Source: Eledone cirrhosa (Eukaryota). Taken from it: DNA of 10,000 bases. Under the pieces are notes generated by a model, which was given only the letters and a program-made list of their open reading frames with translations, was not told the origin of the DNA and made no database searches. This document shows positions 1 to 9,000 of this stretch, piece after piece; position 1 is the first letter of the stretch; each line of letters begins with the position of its first letter. The stretch is taken from assembly GCA_964016885.1 (NCBI GenBank), contig CAXHJY010001445.1:1-10000 (forward strand), given 5' to 3'. The position numbers and the translations under genes are program-made.

Positions 1-3000
1 GTGTGGATAGTGTAGATGGTGGTGGTGTTGATAGTGTAGATGGTGGTGGTGGTGGTGTGGATAGTGTAGATGGTGGTGGTGTTGATAGTGTAGCTGGTGG
101 TGGTGGTGGTGTGGATAGTGTAGATGGTGGTGGTGTTGATAGTGTAGATGGTGGTGGTGGTGGTGGTGTTGATAGTGTAGATGGTGGTGGTGTTGATAGT
201 GTAGATGGTGGTGGTGTTGATAGTGTAGATGGTGGTGGTGTTGATAGTGTAGATGGTGGTGGTGTTGATAGTGTAGATGGTGGTGGTGTTGATAGTGTAG
301 ATGGTGGTGGTGTGGATAGTGTAGATGGTGGTGGTGTTGATAGTGTAGATGGTGGTGGTGGTGGTGGTGTTGATAGTGTAGATGGTGGTGGTGTTGATAG
401 TGTAGATGGTGGTGGTGTTGATAGTGTAGATGGTGGTGGTGTTGATAGTGTAGCTGGCTGGGGGTGTTGATAGTGTAGATGGTGGTGGTGTTGATAGTGT
501 AGATGGTGGTGGTGTTGATAGTGTAGCTGGTGGTGGTGTTGATAGTGTAGATGGTGGTGGTGTGGATAGTGTAGATGGTGGTGGTGTTGATAGTGTAGAT
601 GGTGGTGGTGTTGATAGTGTAGATGGTGGTGGTGTTGATAGTGTAGATGGTGGTGGTGTTGATAGTGTAGATGGTGGTGGTGTGGATAGTGTAGATGGTG
701 GTGGTGTTGATAGTGTAGATGGTGGTGGGTGGTGGTGTTGATAGTGTAGATGGTGGTGGTGTTGATAGTGTAGATGGTGGTGGTGTTGATAGTGTAGATG
801 GTGGTGGTGTTGATAGTGTAGATGGTGGTGGTGTGGATAGTGTAGATGGTGGTGGTGTTGATAGTGTAGCTGGTGGTGGTGTTGATAGTGTAGATGGTGG
901 TGGTGTTGATAGTGTAGCTGGTGGTGGTGGTGGTGTGGATAGTGTAGATGGTGGTGGTGTTGATAGTGTAGATGGTGGTGGTGTTGATAGTGTAGCTGCT
1001 GGGGGTGTTGATAGTGTAGATGGTGGTGGTGTTGATAGTGTAGCTGGTGGTGGTGTTGATAGTGTAGATGGTGGTGGTGTTGATAGTGTAGCTGGTGGTG
1101 GTGTTGATAGTGTAGATGGTGGTGGTGTTGATAGTGTAGCTGGTGGTGGTGGTGGTGTGGATAGTGTAGATGGTGGTGGTGTTGATAGTGTAGATGGTGG
1201 TGGTGTTGATAGTGTAGATGGTGGTGGTGTGGATAGTGTAGATGGGTGGTGGTGGTGGTGTTGATAGTGTAGATGGTGGTGGTGTTGATAGTGTAGATGG
1301 TGGTGGTGTTGATAGTGTAGATGGTGGTGGTGTTGATAGTGTAGATGGTGGTGGTGTGGATAGTGTAGATGGTGGTGGTGTTGATAGTGTAGATGGTGGT
1401 GGTGGTGGTGGTGTTGATAGTGTAGATGGTGGTGGTGTTGATAGTGTAGATGGTGGTGGTGTTGATAGTGTAGATGGTGGTGGTGTTGATAGTGTAGATG
1501 GTGGTGGTGTTGATAGTGTAGATGGTGGTGGTGTTGATAGTGTAGCTGCTGGGGGTGTTGATAGTGTAGATGGTGGTGGTGTTGATAGTGTAGCTGGTGG
1601 TGGTGGTGGTGTGGATAGTGTAGATGGTGGTGGTGTTGATAGTGTAGATGGTGGTGGTGTTGATAGTGTAGATGGTGGTGGTGTTGATAGTGTAGATGGT
1701 GGTGGTGTTGATAGTGTAGCTGCTGGGGGTGTTGATAGTGTAGATGGTGGTGGTGTTGATAGTGTAGCTGGTGGTGGTGGTGGTGTGGATAGTGTAGATG
1801 GTGGTGGTGTTGATAGTGTAGATGGTGGTGGTGTTGATAGTGTAGATGGTGGTGGTGTTGATAGTGTAGCTGCTGGGGGTGTTGATAGTGTAGATGGTGG
1901 TGGTGTTGATAGTGTAGCTGGTGGTGGTGGTGGTGTGGATAGTGTAGATGGTGGTGGTGTTGATAGTGTAGATGGTGGTGGTGTTGATAGTGTAGATGGT
2001 GGTGGTGTTGATAGTGTAGATGGTGGTGGTGGTGGTGGTGTTGATAGTGTAGATGGTGGTGGTGTTGATAGTGTAGATGGTGGTGGTGTTGATAGTGTAG
2101 ATGGTGGTGGTGTTGATAGTGTAGATGGTGGTGGTGTGGATAGTGTAGATGGTGGTGGTGTTGATAGTGTAGATGGTGGTGGTGGTGGTGGTGTTGATAG
2201 TGTAGATGGTGGTGGTGTTGATAGTGTAGATGGTGGTGGTGTTGATAGTGTAGATGGTGGTGGTGTTGATAGTGTAGATGGTGGTGGTGTTGATAGTGTA
2301 GATGGTGGTGGTGTTGATAGTGTAGCTGGTGGTGGTGTTGATAGTGTAGATGGTGGTGGTGTTGATAGTGTAGCTGGTGGTGGTGGTGGTGTGGATAGTG
2401 TAGATGGTGGTGGTGTTGATAGTGTAGATGGTGGTGGTGTTGATAGTGTAGATGGTGGTGGTGTTGATAGTGTAGATGGTGGTGGTGTTGATAGTGTAGA
2501 TGGTGGTGGTGTTGATAGTGTAGATGGTGGTGGTGTTGATAGTGTAGATGGTGGTGGTGTGGATAGTGTAGATGGTGGTGGTGTTGATAGTGTAGATGGT
2601 GGTGGTGTTGATAGTGTAGCTGCTGGGGGTGTTGATAGTGTAGATGGTGGTGGTGTTGATAGTGTAGCTGGTGGTGGTGGTGGTGTGGATAGTGTAGATG
2701 GTGGTGGTGTTGATAGTGTAGATGGTGGTGGTGTTGATAGTGTAGATGGTGGTGGTGTGGATAGTGTAGATGGTGGTGGTGGTGGTGGTGTTGATAGTGT
2801 AGATGGTGGTGGTGTTGATAGTGTAGATGGTGGTGGTGTTGATAGTGTAGATGGTGGTGGTGTGGATAGTGTAGATGGTGGTGGTGTTGATAGTGTAGAT
2901 GGTGGTGGTGTTGATAGTGTAGCTGCTGGGGGTGTTGATAGTGTAGATGGTGGTGGTGTTGATAGTGTAGCTGGTGGTGGTGGTGGTGTGGATAGTGTAG

Positions 3001-6000
3001 ATGGTGGTGGTGTTGATAGTGTAGATGGTGGTGGTGTTGATAGTGTAGATGGTGGTGGTGTGGATAGTGTAGATGGTGGTGGTGTTGATAGTGTAGATGG
3101 TGGTGGTGGTGGTGGTGTTGATAGTGTAGATGGTGGTGGTGTTGATAGTGTAGATGGTGGTGGTGTTGATAGTGTAGATGGTGGTGGTGTTGATAGTGTA
3201 GATGGTGGTGGTGTTGATAGTGTAGATGGTGGTGGTGTTGATAGTGTAGCTGCTGGGGGTGTTGATAGTGTAGATGGTGGTGGTGTTGATAGTGTAGCTG
3301 GTGGTGGTGGTGGTGTGGATAGTGTAGATGGTGGTGGTGTTGATAGTGTAGATGGTGGTGGTGTTGATAGTGTAGATGGTGGTGGTGTGGATAGTGTAGA
3401 TGGTGGTGGTGGTGGTGGTGTTGATAGTGTAGATGGTGGTGGTGTTGATAGTGTAGATGGTGGTGGTGTTGATAGTGTAGATGGTGGTGGTGTTGATAGT
3501 GTAGATGGTGGTGGTGTTGATAGTGTAGATGGTGGTGGTGTTGATAGTGTAGATGGTGGTGGTGTTGATAGTGTAGATGGTGGTGGTGTTGATAGTGTAG
3601 CTGCTGGGGGTGTTGATAGTGTAGATGGTGGTGGTGTTGATAGTGTAGCTGCTGGGGTGTTGATAGTGTAGATGGTGGTGGTGTTGATAGTGAGATGGTG
3701 GTGGTGTTGATAGTGTAGATGGTGGTGGTGTTGATAGTGTAGATGGTGGTGGTGTTGATAGTGTAGATGGTGGTGGTGTTGATAGTGTAGATGGTGGTGG
3801 TGTTGATAGTGTAGATGGTGGTGGTGTTGATAGTGTAGATGGTGGTGGTGTTGATAGTGTAGATGGTGGTGGTGTTGATAGTGTAGATGGTGGTGGTGTT
3901 GATAGTGTAGCTGCTGGGGTGTTGATAGTGTAGATGGTGGTGGTGTTGATAGTGTAGATGGTGGTGGTGTTGATAGTGTAGATGGTGGTGGTGGTGGTGT
4001 GGATAGTGTAGATGGTGGTGGTGTTGATAGTGTAGATGGTGGTGGTGTTGATAGTGTAGATGGTGGTGGTGTTGATAGTGTAGATGGTGGTGGTGTTGAT
4101 AGTGTAGCTGCTGGGGGTGTTGATAGTGTAGATGGTGGTGGTGTTGATAGTGTAGATGGTGGTGGTGGTGGTGTGGATAGTGTAGATGGTGGTGGTGTTG
4201 ATAGTGTAGATGGTGGTGGTGTGGATAGTGTAGATGGTGGTGGTGTTGATAGTGTAGCTGCTGGGGGTGTTGATAGTGTAGATGGTGGTGGTGTTGATAG
4301 TGTAGCTGGTGGTGGTGGTGGTGTGGATAGTGTAGATGGTGGTGGTGTTGATAGTGTAGATGGTGGTGGTGTTGATAGTGTAGATGGTGGTGGTGTTGAT
4401 AGTGTAGCTGGTGGTGGTGTTGATAGTGTAGCTGGTGGTGGTGTTGATAGTGTAGCTGGTGGTGGTGTTGATAGTGTAGATGGTGGTGGTGTTGATAGTG
4501 TAGCTGGTGGTGGTGTTGATAGTGTAGCTGCTGGGGGTGTTGATAGTGTAGATGGTGGTGGTGTTGATAGTGTAGATGGTGGTGGTGTTGATAGTGTAGA
4601 TGGTGGTGGTGTTGATAGTGTAGATGGTGGTGGTGTTGATAGTGTAGCTGGTGGTGGTGGTGGTGTTGATAGTGTAGCTGCTGGGGGTGTTGATAGTGTA
4701 GATGGTGGTGGTGTTGATAGTGTAGATGGTGGTGGTGTTGATAGTGTAGCTGGTGGTGGTGTTGATAGTGTAGATGGTGGTGGTGTTGATAGTGTAGCTG
4801 GTGGTGGTGGTGGTGTTGATAGTGTAGCTGGTGGTGGTGTTGATAGTGTAGATGGTGGTGGTGTTGATAGTGTAGATGGTGGTGGTGGTGGTGTGGATAG
4901 TGTAGCTGCTGGGGGTGTTGATAGTGTAGCTGGTGGTGGTGTTGATAGTGTAGCTGGTGGTGGTGGTGGTGTTGATAGTGTAGCTGCTGGGGTGTTGATA
5001 GTGTAGCTGGTGGTGGTGTTGATAGTGTAGCTGGTGGTGGTGTTGATAGTGTAGATGGTGGTGGTGTTGATAGTGTAGATGGTGGTGGTGTTGATAGTGT
5101 AGATGGTGGTGGTGTTGATAGTGTAGCTGGTGGTGGTGTTGATAGTGTAGATGGTGGTGGTGTTGATAGTGTAGCTGGTGGTGGTGTGGATAGTGTAGAT
5201 GGTGGTGGTGTTGATAGTGTAGCTGGTGCTGGTGGTGGTGTTGATAGTGTAGCTGGTGGTGGTGTGGATAGTGTAGCTGGTGGTGGTGTTGATAGTGTAG
5301 CTGGTGGTGGTGTGGATAGTGTAGATGGTGGTGGTGTTGATAGTGTAGCTGGTGCTGGTGGTGGTGAGATGGTGGTGGTGTTGATAGTGTAGCTGGGGTG
5401 GTGATAGTGTAGATGGTGTGGTGTTGATAGTGTAGCTGCTGGTGGTGTTGATAGTGTAGATGGTGGTGGTGTGATAGTGTAGATGGTGGTGGTGTTGATA
5501 GTGTAGATGGTGGTGGTGTTGATAGTGTAGATGGTGGTGGTGTGAGTGTAGCTGCTGGGGTGTTGATAGTGTAGATGGTGGTGGTGTTGATAGTGTAGCA
5601 TGGTGGGTGGTGTTGATAGTTGTAGATGGTGGTGGTGTTGATAGTGTAGATGGTGGTGGTGTTGATAGTGTAGCTGGTGGTGGTGTTGATAGTGTAGATG
5701 GTGGTGGTGTTGATAGTGTAGCTGGTGGTGGTGTTGATAGTGTAGCTGGTGGTGGTGTGGTGTTGATAGTGTAGCTGGCTGGTGGTGTTGATAGTGTAGA
5801 TGGTGGTGGTGTTGATAGTGTAGCTGGTGGTGGTGTTGATAGTGTAGATGGTGGTGGTGTTGATAGTGTAGCTGGTGGTGGTGTTGATAGTGTAGATGGT
5901 GGTGGTGTTGATAGTGTAGAGTGGTGGTGGTGTTGATAGTGTAGCTGGTGGTGGTGTTGATAGTGTAGATGTGGTGGTGTTGATAGTGTAGATGGTGGTG

Positions 6001-9000
6001 GTGTTGATAGTGTAGCTGGTGGTGGTGTTGATAGTGTAGATGGTGGTGGTGGTGTTGATAGTGTAGCTGGTGGTGGTGTTGATAGTGTAGATGGTGGTGG
6101 TGTTGATAGTGTAGCTGGTGGTGGTGTTGATAGTGTAGATGGTGGTGGTGTTGATAGTGTAGATGGTGGTGGTGTTGATAGTGTAGCTGGTGGTGGTGTT
6201 GATAGTGTAGATGGTGGTGGTGTTGATAGTGTAGCTGGTGGTGGTGTTGATAGTGTAGATGGTGGTGGTGTTGAGTGTAGATGTGGTGTTGATAGTGTAG
6301 CTGGTGGTGGTGTTGATAGTGTAGATGGTGGTGGTGTTGATAGTGTAGATGGTGGTGGTGTTGATAGTGTAGCTGGTGGTGGTGGTGTTGATAGTGTAGC
6401 TGGTGGTGGTGGTGGTGTTGATAGTGTAGCTGCTGGGGGTGTTGATAGTGTAGATGGTGGTGGTGTTGATAGTGTAGCTGGTGGTGGTGTTGATAGTGTA
6501 GATGGTGGTGGTGTTGATAGTGTAGATGGTGGGTGGTGTTGATAGTGTAGATGGTGGTGGTGTTGATAGTGTAGCTGGTGGTGGTGTTGATAGTGTAGAT
6601 GGTGGTGGTGTTGATAGTGTAGATGGTGGTGTGTTGATAGTGTAGCTGGTGGTGGTGGTGTTGATAGTGTAGATGGTGGTGGTGTTGATAGTGTAGATGG
6701 TGGTGGTGGTGTTGATAGTGTAGCTGGCTGGTGGTGTTGATAGTGTAGATGGTGGTGGTGGTGGTGTTGATAGTGTAGCTGGTGGTGGTGTTGATAGTGT
6801 AGATGGTGGTGGTGGTGGTGTTGATAGTGTAGCTGCTGGGGGTGTTGATAGTGTAGCTGGTGGTGGTGTTGATAGTGTAGATGGTGGTGGTGTTGATAGT
6901 GTAGCTGGTGGGGTGTTGATAGTGTAGCTGGTGGTGGTGTTGATAGTGTAGATGGTGGTGGTGTTGATAGTGTAGATGGTGGTGGTGGTGTTGATAGTGT
7001 AGCTGGTGGTGGTGTTGATAGTGTAGCTGGTGGTGGTGTTGATAGTGTAGATGGTGGTGGTGGTTGGTGTTGATAGTGTAGCTGCTGGGGGTGTTGATAG
7101 TGTAGATGGTGGTGGTGGTGGTGTTGATAGTGTAGCTGCTGGGGGTGTTGATAGTGTAGCTGGTGGTGGTGTTGATAGTGTAGATGGTGGTGGTGGTGGT
7201 GTTGATAGTGTAGCTGCTGGGGGTGTTGATAGTGTAGCTGGTGGTGGTGTTGATAGTGTAGATGGTGGTGGTGGTGGTGTTGATAGTGTAGCTGCTGGGG
7301 GTGTTGATAGTGTAGATGGTGGGTGGTGTTGATAGTGTAGATGGTGGTGGTGGTGGTGTTGATAGTGTAGCTGGCTGGGGGTGTTGATAGTGTAGCTGGT
7401 GGTGGTGTTGATAGTGTAGATGGTGGTGGTGGTGGTGTTGATAGTGTAGCTGGCTGGGGGTGTTGATAGTGTAGATGGTGTGGTGGGTGTTGATAGTGTA
7501 GATGGTGGTGGTGTTGATAGTGTAGATGGTGGTGGTGGTGGTGTTGATAGTGTAGCTGCTGGGGGTGTTGATAGTGTAGATGGTGGTGGTGGTGGTGTTG
7601 ATAGTGTAGATGGTGGTGGTGTTGATAGTGTAGATGGTGGTGGTGTTGATAGTGTAGATGGTGGTGGTGTTGATAGTGTAGATGGTGGTGGTGGTGTTGA
7701 TAGTGTAGATGGCTGGTGGTGTTGATAGTGTAGATGGTGGTGGTGGTTGATAGTTGTAGATGGTGGTGGTGTTGATAGTGTAGATGTGGTGGTGGTGGTG
7801 TTGATAGTGTAGCTGCTGGGGGTGTTGATAGTGTAGATGGTGGTGGTGTTGATAGTGTAGATGGTGGTGGTGGTGGTGTTGATAGTGTAGATGCTGGGGG
7901 TGTTGATAGTGTAGATGGTGGTGGTGGTGGTGTTGATAGTGTAGCTGTGGGGTGTGTTGATAGTGTAGATGGTGGTGGTGTTGATAGTGTAGATGGTGTG
8001 GTGGTGGTGTTGATAGTGTAGCTGCTGGTGGTGTTGATAGTGTAGCTGGTGGTGGTGTTGATAGTGTAGATGGTGGTGGGTGGTGTTGATAGTGTAGCTG
8101 CTGGGGGTGTTGATAGTGTAGCTGGCTGGTGGTGTTGATAGTGTAGATGGTGGTGGTGGTGGTGTTGATAGTGTAGATGGTGGTGGTGTGATAGTGTAGA
8201 TGGTGGTGTGTTGATAGTGTAGATGGTGGTGGTGTTGATAGTGTAGCTGCTGGGGGTGTTGATAGTGTAGCTGCTGGGGGTGTTGATAGTGTAGATGGTG
8301 GTGGTGGTGTTGATAGTGTAGATGGTGGTGGTGTTGATAGTGTAGATGGTGGTGGTGTTGATAGTGTAGATGGTGGTGGTGTTGATAGTGTAGCTGCTGG
8401 TGGTGTTGATAGTGTAGATGGTGGTGGTGTTGATAGTGTAGATGGTGGTGGTGTTGATAGTGTAGATGGTGGTGGTGTTGATAGTGTAGATGGTGGTGGT
8501 GTTGATAGTGTAGATGGTGGTGGTGTTGATAGTGTAGTTGGTGGTGGTGTTGATAGTGTAGATGGTGGTGGTGTTGATAGTGTAGATGGTGGTGGTGTTG
8601 ATAGTGTAGATGGTGGTGGTGTTGATAGTGTAGATGGTGGTGGTGTTGATAGTGTAGATGGTGGTGGTGTTGATAGTGTAGCTGGTGGTGGTGTTGATAG
8701 TGTAGCTGGTGGTGGTGTTGATAGTGTAGATGGCTGGTGGTGTTGATAGTGTAGATGGTGGTGGTGTTGATAGTGTAGATGGTGGTGGTGTTGATAGTGT
8801 AGATGGTGGTGGTGTTGATAGTGTAGCTGGTGGTGGTGTTGATAGTGTAGATGGTGGTGGTGTTGATAGTGTAGATGGTGGTGTGGTGGTGTTGATAGTG
8901 TAGATGGTGGTGGTGTTGATAGTGTAGATGGTGGTGGTGTTGATAGTGTAGATGGTGGTGGTGTTGATAGTGTAGATGGTGGTGGTGTTGATAGTGTAGA

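Noticed and set aside
1242-3671. VDSVDGGG as an RTX calcium-binding or collagen-like repeat
   Set aside because: The 8-residue period does not fit the GGXGXDXUX nonamer or Gly-X-Y periodicity.
5599-5601. Only ATG on the - strand (CAT on +) as a start codon
   Set aside because: It arises from a one-off GTAGCATGG insertion, a GAT/GCT hybrid, in an error-rich stretch and is most likely a consensus error.
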